From an uncultured Candidatus Saccharibacteria bacterium (GTDB taxonomy: Bacteria > Patescibacteriota > Doudnabacteria > UBA920): DNA of 64,000 nt. The stretch lies in NCBI GenBank assembly GCA_964474825.1, contig CAYYWQ010000001.1, positions 613,609 to 677,608 on the forward strand, in the 5' to 3' direction. The notes under the pieces were generated by a model. The model searched no databases. It was not told where the DNA came from and was given only the letters and a program-made list of their open reading frames with translations. Shown piece by piece: positions 52,305-60,487 of the stretch; position 1 is the first letter of the stretch, and each line of letters starts with the position of its first letter. The translations under genes were made by a program, and so were the position numbers.

Positions 52305-53569
52305 ATTTGTAAAACCTTTTTGAATTGCTCCTCGCTTTTGTAAGGGCCAATTACGGCGAGGGTCATGTTTTTGCTTTCAAACAGTTCACTGGCCACGTTT
52401 TTTACGTCGTCTATGGAGACTTTGTCTATTTTTACAAAGGCTTGGTCCGGCGTGTCAGTTTCCGGAAAAAACGCGGCGCGTTCCAAAAACCAGTCTAGCC
52501 TTACTTGGTTGTCTTCCAGCGCCAAAGTAGTTTTGCCTTTTATGTACTCCTTGGCTTTTTTTATTTCTATTTCCCCAACCGGCACTTCTTTTATTTTTTT
52601 AAGTTCAGCTAAAATAACTTCCAAAGCATTAGTAATTTTGTCTACCTGAACTCCGCTCTGAATGCCAAAAACTCCGGTATCCTGATAATGCCCAGGCATG
52701 GCGCGCACATAGTAAGCAAGACCCCTGCGTTCACGGACTTCCATAAACAAACGGCTGGACATACCACCTCCTAAAATAGCTGCTAAAACGGAAACAGCAG
52801 CGTTACGCGGGTCACCATAAGGAAAAGCTTTAAAGCCTAAAGCCAAATGCGCCTGCTCGGTTTGTTTGTATTCAACTTTTAAACGGGGCTCGTTTTGCTT
52901 GTCTTTAACTTTGTCCCAGGAATTAAAAGTTTTCTTGGGGAACTTTTGCCAATGGGCTTCTATAAGCGCGTCTAAATGTTCCTGTTCGTATTTTCCAGAA
53001 ATACCCAAAAGCATATTCGGCGCCTGGTAGTGACGGTTAATATAGTCAGTAAACATTTCCTGAGTAAACTTGGTCACGGTTTCTTTACTGCCCGCAATGT
53101 CCCGGCCAAGCGCGTCGGCCGGCCACATAGTCTGTTCCAAAATATTGTCTATTTCGGCCATAGGCATGTCTTTATACATGTTTATTTCTTCCACAATAAC
53201 ACCTTTTTCGCGTTCCAGTTCTTCTTTGTCCAGCAGCGGAGACTGTATCATGTCTGTGAGCACTTCAAAAATTAAAGGCAAATGTTTGCTTGCCGCCTTT
53301 ATATAGTACTGGGTATGTTCCTTGCCCGTGTTAGCGTTCATTTCACCGCCAATGCTGTCTACCAGTTCAGAAATTGCCAAAGCCGAAGGATATTTTTTTG
53401 TACCCTTAAACAAAAAATGTTCCAAAAAATGTGATATGCCATTTTCTTTTTCTGTTTCACTCCTACTACCAGTCTTAACAAAAAAATCCACCACCACACT
53501 CTCCGCGTCTGAGGAAGGGACTTCTATTACAGTTAAGCCATTAGGTAAGATTTTTTTGGTGTATTTCAT
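52301..53569 (-). CDS. M16 family (insulinase-like) zinc peptidase
   Basis: 422 aa, inverted zinc motif HFLEH. Confidence 0.85.
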   Translation of the reverse strand: MKYTKKILPNGLTVIEVPSSDAESVVVDFFVKTGSRSETEKENGISHFLEHFLFKGTKKYPSALAISELVDSIGGEMNANTGKEHTQYYIKAASKHLPLIFEVLTDMIQSPLLDKEELEREKGVIVEEINMYKDMPMAEIDNILEQTMWPADALGRDIAGSKETVTKFTQEMFTDYINRHYQAPNMLLGISGKYEQEHLDALIEAHWQKFPKKTFNSWDKVKDKQNEPRLKVEYKQTEQAHLALGFKAFPYGDPRNAAVSVLAAILGGGMSSRLFMEVRERRGLAYYVRAMPGHYQDTGVFGIQSGVQVDKITNALEVILAELKKIKEVPVGEIEIKKAKEYIKGKTTLALEDNQVRLDWFLERAAFFPETDTPDQAFVKIDKVSIDDVKNVASELFESKNMTLAVIGPYKSEEQFKKVLQI

Positions 53570-53579
53570 AAAACTTTTT

Positions 53580-53960
53580 TTAAAACTCTTTATCCGCGTC
53601 TTTATTTGGGAGCACTATTTCATCTTCCGGTCTTATTGGCTTACCGTGTTCTAATAACTCTGTTTGCAATTCAATACTGTCTGTGAATTTATTAAAACCT
53701 TCCTCATAACGACCTTCATTAACTGCATCTGTCATTTGAATGACACCATTAAGCAATTCATTTGCCAGATATAGATTAACTTTACTTGCTCCCGCCTTTA
53801 GCTCAACAATTCCGCTAGCGCTACCACTTGCAGTTGGTGAAGTATATTTTTTATATAAAATTGTTAGCCTATCCCGCAAACCTTTTAAACGCTCACTTAA
53901 GACTTTTTCAGATTCAGACATTTCTGCTTCAGGTATTTGAGCACGCTCAATTTTTATCAT
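53580..53960 (-). CDS. hypothetical protein
   Basis: 126 aa. Confidence 0.4.
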   Translation of the reverse strand: MIKIERAQIPEAEMSESEKVLSERLKGLRDRLTILYKKYTSPTASGSASGIVELKAGASKVNLYLANELLNGVIQMTDAVNEGRYEEGFNKFTDSIELQTELLEHGKPIRPEDEIVLPNKDADKEF

Positions 53961-55027
53961 AAAATATTGTCTTTTAATTTTGTCGGAACGTTAATAAATT
54001 TTTTAACTTTTCCCTGTTCTAAATATACCAAATCTTCTATTCTTATGCCACCTAAGTTGGGCAAGTAAACTCCAGGTTCTATGCTAAACACCATGCCATT
54101 TTGTAAAATGTCCTTTGAATTTGGGGATAAATTAGGCAGTTCGTGTATTTCTAGCCCAGTGCCGTGACCTAGGGAGTGGATGAAGTATTTGTCTAGTTTT
54201 TTCTCCGCGAGCACATCTACCGATTTTTGGTAAACATCACCTGCTATCACTTCTTTATTCTTAAATAAGGGATCCCTCGGATACACTCGGGATGACACAA
54301 AGGCAATAGATTCGTTATAAGCTTTTTCTACCTGGTTATAGGCGTCTGCTAATTTTTTTGGCGCGGATTTTAAAAATACAGTCCTTGTAAAATCGCTGCA
54401 GTAATTTTTATATTTAAAACCGAAGTCGATGATTATGGATTCCCCCGCTTTCAGACGCTTAGCTGATGGAACATGGTGAGGAATGGCCGCGTTAGGACCG
54501 CTGGCTACTATTGCCGGGAAGCTAATATCTTCCGCTCCCATTTTAAGGCCACTTGCCTGAATAAATTTAGCAAGTTTTTCTTCGGTCATTTCCGGCTTTT
54601 TTATTTCCTTGCGGACCAAACCAAAAACTTTTTCCACTATCTGCATGGACTTTTTTACTTTTGCCAATTCGTCGGCGTCTTTTATTTGACGCATTACGTC
54701 AACCGGACTTCTTTGTGGTTTTGCTTTTATTTTTGGAGCTTTAAATTTTAAATATTCAGCCTCGCCAAAAGTAAAACCCCATTCTAAATCCAATTTGCCG
54801 CCTTTAATATAATTACCGATGTTCTTAAGCCTGTCTGCCTTTTTTACCCAGTCTATTTTTTCAAGGCCACTGCCAAAACCCACAACCTGTTTTTTAGTAA
54901 CTAACAAATATTCCTCAGCCCGGTAATCAAAAGAACGACCTGTTAAATAAAACAGGTTTTCTTTTTTCTTTATGAGAATGGGGTCGCTAAGCTTCTTTTG
55001 TAGGAGCTTTATCCTGTTGGAATGCAT
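53957..55027 (-). CDS. pepP: M24 family Xaa-Pro aminopeptidase
   Basis: 356 aa, HSLGHGTGLEIHE. Confidence 0.85.
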   Translation of the reverse strand: MHSNRIKLLQKKLSDPILIKKKENLFYLTGRSFDYRAEEYLLVTKKQVVGFGSGLEKIDWVKKADRLKNIGNYIKGGKLDLEWGFTFGEAEYLKFKAPKIKAKPQRSPVDVMRQIKDADELAKVKKSMQIVEKVFGLVRKEIKKPEMTEEKLAKFIQASGLKMGAEDISFPAIVASGPNAAIPHHVPSAKRLKAGESIIIDFGFKYKNYCSDFTRTVFLKSAPKKLADAYNQVEKAYNESIAFVSSRVYPRDPLFKNKEVIAGDVYQKSVDVLAEKKLDKYFIHSLGHGTGLEIHELPNLSPNSKDILQNGMVFSIEPGVYLPNLGGIRIEDLVYLEQGKVKKFINVPTKLKDNIL

Positions 55028-55031
55028 AAGA

Positions 55032-55808
55032 CTACTCTGCTTGCAATATGTTCAAATAAAATTTCAGCATTCTTACCTCCCCACGGGCTTTTTCACTGTC
55101 TTCTGAATTTAAATTTTCAAGAAGATTCAACAACCTCCCACAACGCTCAAACGACTCTTGGACACTTTTATATATTTCTTTACCACTCAATCCTTCGTTA
55201 ACGCCTTCAGCTATATAAGACGCAATTCTGTCCAGTTCCCCAATTGTGGCTTGTGTTTCCGATCTTCTTTGCTCTGGAGAAAAACTATCTTGATCTTCCA
55301 CAAACTCAACCTCTCGTTCTGATCCCAACAGTTGACGGCTAAACTGTTTGAACAAATCTTTTTTTGAATGGGCTTTATAATAATCATCCTTAACTAACTC
55401 TGAAACACTTGGGACCTCACCCAAAGTATTAAGCTTGTTCGGACTAATTCTTCTTAAACCCATAGGCCTATCGACCGCACTCATAAATCTTCTGCCAAAT
55501 TTCAATGCGCCTTCGCCCTCATTAACTTTTCTTAACCAATCGTGACGCTTGGAAGATTTAAGAACATTCAATTTGCCAGGAATTTGCGTTTGCATACTCC
55601 GTAAGGACTCTTGCGCTGTCGTGTCTAGTTTTCCCACAGTTTCAAGCTTTTCAACTCTGCCAACACCCTTACTTAAAAGAGTTCTGCCAATTTCTGTAAC
55701 ATTAGTTATAAAAAACCTTTCGTCTTTTCCGAAACGCTCAGCAACTTCAGGCGAATTTCCTTGATTTTCAAAATTTATACCTCTCTCAGAGTCTGGGATT
55801 CGGCCCAT
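55032..55808 (-). CDS. hypothetical protein
   Basis: 258 aa. Confidence 0.4.
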   Translation of the reverse strand: MGRIPDSERGINFENQGNSPEVAERFGKDERFFITNVTEIGRTLLSKGVGRVEKLETVGKLDTTAQESLRSMQTQIPGKLNVLKSSKRHDWLRKVNEGEGALKFGRRFMSAVDRPMGLRRISPNKLNTLGEVPSVSELVKDDYYKAHSKKDLFKQFSRQLLGSEREVEFVEDQDSFSPEQRRSETQATIGELDRIASYIAEGVNEGLSGKEIYKSVQESFERCGRLLNLLENLNSEDSEKARGEVRMLKFYLNILQAE

Positions 55809-55814
55809 ATAATT

Positions 55815-57116
55815 TTAGAGGTGCTTAGTTATAAAACTACTCAGTTCTTCTATTTTCACCCTTGGTTGTTCTTTTGTGTCACGGTTTCGCACGGTGACCA
55901 TGCCGTCTTGTAGACTGTCGAAGTCAACGGTAATACAAAATGGCGTGCCAATTTCGTCTTGGCTGTAGTAGCGCTTACCTACGTTGCCGCGGTCGTCCCA
56001 GGCCACGCTAAAGTGCTTTTGTAAGTCCTTATATATAGAGCGAGCCTTTTCCACTAATTCCGGCTTGTTTTTGAGCAAAGGGAACACAGCGGCCTTAAAA
56101 GGCGCGAGTTTTGGGGGCAGAGCTAAATAAACCCTGTCTTCTTCCTCGCGATAGGCTTCCAGCAGTGTAATAAGAATAGAACGGTCCAGACCAAATGTTG
56201 GCTCAATAACATGCGGTACAAATTTTTCGTTGGTTTCCGGGTCCATATACTGTAAATCCTGGCCGCTTGATTTAGCATGATTAGCCAAGTCAAAATCTGT
56301 CCGGTAGGCCAAGCCGTATAATTCCTTACGGCCAAATGGGTAGTCGTATTCAAAATCTATTGTTCTCTTAGAATAGTGGGCGCGGTCGCCGTCCCCAATT
56401 TCTGTTTCGTGGATGTGCGCCGGATTAGCACCAAGGTCAGAAAGCCATTCGTTCATTTCTTTCCGCCAATACTCAAACCATTTTTCCCATTCTTCAGGAC
56501 GAATAAAATATTCAAACTCCATTAAATTAAATTCCCGGGTCCTAAAAATAAAATTACCCGGGGTGATTTCGTTTCGAAACGCCTTGCCCTGGGAAGCAAT
56601 ACCAAAAGGCAAACGCTTGCGCATGGTGTCCAAAACATTTTTAAAATTTACAAACATAGCCTGGGCTATTTCCGGACGGAAATAGACGGTTGATTTTTCG
56701 TCGTCCACCGGGCCAAGGTTTGTTTTAAACATCATGTTAAATTGTTTAACCTCCGTAAAAGTTCCGGCTTTTTTGCAGCTCTGACAAGGTTCATCTAACT
56801 TTATTTGGTCTGCGCGATACCTTTCGTGGCAATATTTACACTCCACCATTGGGTCGTTAAACTCGCTTAAGTGGCCGCTGGCTTCCCAAACTTTTGGGTT
56901 CATAAGAAGCGCCGCGTCTATACCAACCATATCTGAACGGTTTTGCACAAACCGTTTCCACCACAGCTGCATAATATTATTTTTTAATTCCACACCCAAA
57001 GGACCGTAGTCCCAAGAGTTAGCAAGACCACCGTAAATTTCCGAGCCAGGAAATATAAAACCCCTGCGCTTACAAAGACTAACTATTTTGTCCATTAAGT
57101 CATTTTGTTCAGTCAT
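55815..57116 (-). CDS. glyQS: glycyl-tRNA synthetase (alpha2 dimeric type)
   Basis: 433 aa, class II motifs. Confidence 0.88.
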   Translation of the reverse strand: MTEQNDLMDKIVSLCKRRGFIFPGSEIYGGLANSWDYGPLGVELKNNIMQLWWKRFVQNRSDMVGIDAALLMNPKVWEASGHLSEFNDPMVECKYCHERYRADQIKLDEPCQSCKKAGTFTEVKQFNMMFKTNLGPVDDEKSTVYFRPEIAQAMFVNFKNVLDTMRKRLPFGIASQGKAFRNEITPGNFIFRTREFNLMEFEYFIRPEEWEKWFEYWRKEMNEWLSDLGANPAHIHETEIGDGDRAHYSKRTIDFEYDYPFGRKELYGLAYRTDFDLANHAKSSGQDLQYMDPETNEKFVPHVIEPTFGLDRSILITLLEAYREEEDRVYLALPPKLAPFKAAVFPLLKNKPELVEKARSIYKDLQKHFSVAWDDRGNVGKRYYSQDEIGTPFCITVDFDSLQDGMVTVRNRDTKEQPRVKIEELSSFITKHL

Positions 57117-57305
57117 AAATCTACAAAACTACTAATTATACGAGTCTACAAATGACTACAAAAGCTCCGCAGTTATTGGTAGTCATTTGTAGTGGCTTAT
57201 TTACTTATTTTCGTAGCTTTATTATACCAAAAACCGTGAATTTTTGCCAAAAAAAGAACCCCGTGTTGGCAACACAGGGCGACCGCATCATACTTAATGA
57301 AGGGT

Positions 57306-57527
57306 CTAGACGCTCCACTCAGGAGCTTCTTGGGGACCGGGCTTGGACTTCTTGCTGCCGGGCGGGCGGCCCCGCCGTTTACGCTTGGCTCCGTCCGTCA
57401 TCCAGGCGGGCGGGCGGCCCACCTTTTTCCCGCGGCTGCGGGCAAGGCGTTCCAGGGACAAAATTGCCTCCTCGATCGCTTCTCGTTCTCCTCGGAGCTG
57501 TTTTAAGGCTCCTTCGATATCCGCCAT
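57306..57527 (-). CDS. small GC-rich coiled-coil plus AT-hook-like basic protein
   Basis: ATG at 57527 (track lists the GTG at 57530) preceded by AAAGGAGAGTCAGTG; MADIEGALKQLRGEREAIEEAILSLERLARSRG then KKVGRPPA ... RKRRGRPPGSKKSK (two GRP cores); terminator CCCTGTGTTgccAACACGGGG plus T-run at ~57257-57285; 5' hairpin CCCGCcgctgtGCGGG. Confidence 0.45.
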   Translation of the reverse strand: MADIEGALKQLRGEREAIEEAILSLERLARSRGKKVGRPPAWMTDGAKRKRRGRPPGSKKSKPGPQEAPEWSV

Positions 57528-57650
57528 CACTGACTCTCCTTTGAACCCCGCACAGCGGCGGGATTGTTTTTAGTTTGCCTAAGTCCCCTCATGATCGGGA
57601 TTAGATAAACAGAACAGATTAACATAAAAATAATAAAAAGTCAATGCTAA

Positions 57651-57685
57651 AAATAAAAAATCTCCCAGCTTGGGAGATTTTTTCA
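57651..57685. terminator. bidirectional terminator after tgt
   Basis: AAAAAAATCTCCCAgcttGGGAGATTTTTTC. Confidence 0.7.
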
Positions 57686-57713
57686 CCGCAGACTACTATC
57701 TACAATCTACTAA

Positions 57714-58928
57714 CTACTTTGCTGTGTAGTCTTTATAATCTTTAACCATGGTATCAAAATAGTCATACTCAATAGCCTTGCGGATTTTTTCCATAAGATT
57801 TAAATAGAAGCGTAGGTTGTGCATGGTAGCCAAACGGATTGCCAGCTGCTCGCCTGTGGCAAATAAGTGCCGCAAATAGGCACGGCTATGGTTTAGACAC
57901 AAATAACAATTACAAGTACTGTCCACGGTAGTAAAATCTTCTTTGTATTTTTCTAAGGTAATATTCATTGTAGAATAACCCTCGCCACCGGTTTCGGATT
58001 TTGCACTTACATACAGCCTGCCATGCCGGGCTTCCCTTGTTGGAATTACGCAGTCAAAAGTGTCACACCCTCTGCTTACTGCCTGGACAATGTCAAAAGG
58101 CGTACCAACGCCAAGTAAATGTTTTGGCGAAGTTTCCGGCAAAAATGGGACCGATGCTTCTATGGCTAACATCATTTCCTTATGAGGTTCCCCTACTGCT
58201 ACGCCCCCAATAGCAAAGGCTTCGAACCCAAGCTCTACCATATCTTTAGCGGACTGCGCGCGAAGGTCCGGGAAACTGGCACCCTGAACAATGCCCCACA
58301 ATTTTTGCCCGGAATTAATTGGGTCGCCGTGGGACATAATATTTAAAAATTCTTTTTGCGCGCGCTCGGCCCAGCGTTTGGTAAGTTCAATAGATGCCTT
58401 AGACCTGGCGTGTTCAAATGGATAACCCGGAAAATCATCGAGGATGAGAGCAACGTCGCTCCCCAAGTTAGCCTGGATTTGGACGCTTTTTTCCGGACTT
58501 AAAATTTCCTGTTTGCCATCTAAATCAAACTGGAACAATACTCCCACTTCCATAACCTTGCGCATTTTTGCCAAACTATAAACTTGAAAGCCTCCTGAGT
58601 CCGTAAAAATTGGACCTTTCCAATTCATGAACTCATGAAGGCCTCCGGCCTTGTAAATAAGTCCGTCTCCCGGGCGTTGCCACAAATGGTAAGTGTTGGC
58701 GAGTATCATGTCCGACCCCCAAAACTTAAGCTCCTCACTAGTAACACTTTTTACTGTGCCTCTTGTGCCAATAGGCAAAAACGCCGGGGTCTTAACGTCC
58801 CCGTGCGCTGTGTGGATAATTCCATTCCGCGCTTTACTGCCGGAATCTTTTTTCAGAATGTCAAAATAAGCCATGCTAAGCTTTCGCGGCCTTGCTTTTA
58901 GATTTTTCGTCTTCTGCACCAAAGCCAC
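57714..58928 (-). CDS. tgt: queuine tRNA-ribosyltransferase
   Basis: 404 aa in the track (GTG start); the internal ATG (MAYFDILKK) about 18 codons in would abut the upstream ORF stop at 58876 and fits the Tgt N-terminus better. Confidence 0.88.
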   Translation of the reverse strand: MALVQKTKNLKARPRKLSMAYFDILKKDSGSKARNGIIHTAHGDVKTPAFLPIGTRGTVKSVTSEELKFWGSDMILANTYHLWQRPGDGLIYKAGGLHEFMNWKGPIFTDSGGFQVYSLAKMRKVMEVGVLFQFDLDGKQEILSPEKSVQIQANLGSDVALILDDFPGYPFEHARSKASIELTKRWAERAQKEFLNIMSHGDPINSGQKLWGIVQGASFPDLRAQSAKDMVELGFEAFAIGGVAVGEPHKEMMLAIEASVPFLPETSPKHLLGVGTPFDIVQAVSRGCDTFDCVIPTREARHGRLYVSAKSETGGEGYSTMNITLEKYKEDFTTVDSTCNCYLCLNHSRAYLRHLFATGEQLAIRLATMHNLRFYLNLMEKIRKAIEYDYFDTMVKDYKDYTAK

Positions 58929-59172
58929 TTTTGCCCGCTGGATTTAATCCTAAGTCTTGCGCTATGAGATTTTTTAGTAATTCTATCTTGTCTTTTCTTT
59001 CTGTTGTTTGAGTTATGCCTACAGTATTATAAAAAGAGGTTTCTAAAGACTCCAGGCGTTTCTTGTCAGCAGGCCCATAGTTGGAATCCATGCCACTTGC
59101 GGCAAGCAATTCTTGAAACTGTGAACTTTTAGGTAAAATTTCGGGAGATTGGGGTAATAATGTTTCGCTCAT
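58876..59172 (-). CDS. hypothetical protein
   Basis: 98 aa. Confidence 0.4.
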   Translation of the reverse strand: MSETLLPQSPEILPKSSQFQELLAASGMDSNYGPADKKRLESLETSFYNTVGITQTTERKDKIELLKNLIAQDLGLNPAGKSGFGAEDEKSKSKAAKA

Positions 59173-59183
59173 ATATGCTAAAT

Positions 59184-60485
59184 TTATTTTTTCAGCACGC
59201 CAACTATGCCTTGCACATATTCTGCGCCGTCACGGGGAACAGCAAAACCTAATTGCGGGCTGCCTTGGCCAATGAATTTTTCCTCACCGGTGAGGCCGGA
59301 AAAAATCCTGAATCTGCCATTGTCGTTTATAAGCAGCCATTCGTCGTCCACAACCGTTTCATACAAATTTAGACTTCCGCTGTAAACTACGGAGCTTGCA
59401 GTCCCGTTTAATGGAGCTTTTTTTATTTCAGACCGTTGTTCTGTTGGAGACACTCCGTAAAAAATATTATCACCAACTAATACCGTGGGGCTAAAAGCCC
59501 ACGAAGCTTTCTCTTCTTTAATTAAGGTCTTCTTTTCAGTTTGCAAATCTAAAGAATAAAGACTTACAACGCTGGAGCTATTTTCGTCCATGCCCATACT
59601 AGGAGAGTTATTGCTCAATAGCGCAATTTTTCTCTTGCTAACAACCCTTACCGGGAAAGTAAAATCTTCCAAACCTTTGTATTCTTTTACTGTCTGCTGA
59701 GAAATATTTATGGACCAAAGCTTGGCCGGCGCCGAGAATTCCCAAATGCCGCCCATAATATAGAGCGTCGCGCTGTCTTCCGACCAGTCGGCAATGTAGG
59801 CGCCGTTAAGTCCTGTTTCCGAAAAATTATAGTCTTTGCTTTGGCCGGACTCCAAATTTTTCACTCTTATGTTTTTACTCACTCCTGAATTTGTATCGGC
59901 CAAACTAAAGGCAGCATATTTTTTGTTGGGAGACACTACAGTTTGCAGCCATTCCGGCAATTGTTCTTCCGGAAATGCCGTGGCCTGCTCTTTTCCAAAA
60001 ACATCTATAATCACACTGTCCTGGTCATTTTTTACACGGTGGATTTTTATTTTCCCGCCGTGTTCGTCTATTATTTGGGCATAGGTAGAACCTCCAAACT
60101 CAGATTTGTTTAGAACTTCATAAATTTTTCTGTTAAATGTACCCAAAGCGTCGCGCACGTAAAAACGCATTAAGCTGTCTGTGGAATTATTTCCATAGGT
60201 TTTTAACACGCATTCCGTAGAATAAACAATTATGTCGCTCTGTGTGTTTACTTCGCCAAACTGCTTTATGGAGTCAGTGGGACAGAGGCTTGGAGACTCG
60301 GGAATTTCCGGAGCTGTTGGCCTGGGGCTTACAATGGGCCCGGCAGGAAGCGGAGAGGTTGGTTCGTTTTTCCAAAACCAGGCGGAAAAAACAACAGCCG
60401 CGGCAGCTAAAATGCCTAAAAAGGCAAACAGAAAACTGTTTGCCTTTTTAGTTGGAGCTGGTTGTGGGGGTAATTGTGGTTCCAT
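59184..60485 (-). CDS. hypothetical membrane-anchored protein with beta-propeller-like repeats
   Basis: 433 aa, N-terminal TM FLFAFLGILAAAAVVFSAWFW, Pro-rich linker, repetitive beta-rich C-terminal region. Confidence 0.45.
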   Translation of the reverse strand: MEPQLPPQPAPTKKANSFLFAFLGILAAAAVVFSAWFWKNEPTSPLPAGPIVSPRPTAPEIPESPSLCPTDSIKQFGEVNTQSDIIVYSTECVLKTYGNNSTDSLMRFYVRDALGTFNRKIYEVLNKSEFGGSTYAQIIDEHGGKIKIHRVKNDQDSVIIDVFGKEQATAFPEEQLPEWLQTVVSPNKKYAAFSLADTNSGVSKNIRVKNLESGQSKDYNFSETGLNGAYIADWSEDSATLYIMGGIWEFSAPAKLWSINISQQTVKEYKGLEDFTFPVRVVSKRKIALLSNNSPSMGMDENSSSVVSLYSLDLQTEKKTLIKEEKASWAFSPTVLVGDNIFYGVSPTEQRSEIKKAPLNGTASSVVYSGSLNLYETVVDDEWLLINDNGRFRIFSGLTGEEKFIGQGSPQLGFAVPRDGAEYVQGIVGVLKK

Positions 60486-60487
60486 AT

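Noticed and set aside
57117-57300. Possible glycine T-box riboswitch upstream of glyQS
   Set aside because: No T-box consensus (GGGTGG.ACCGCG) or specifier-loop arrangement was found on the glyQS strand.
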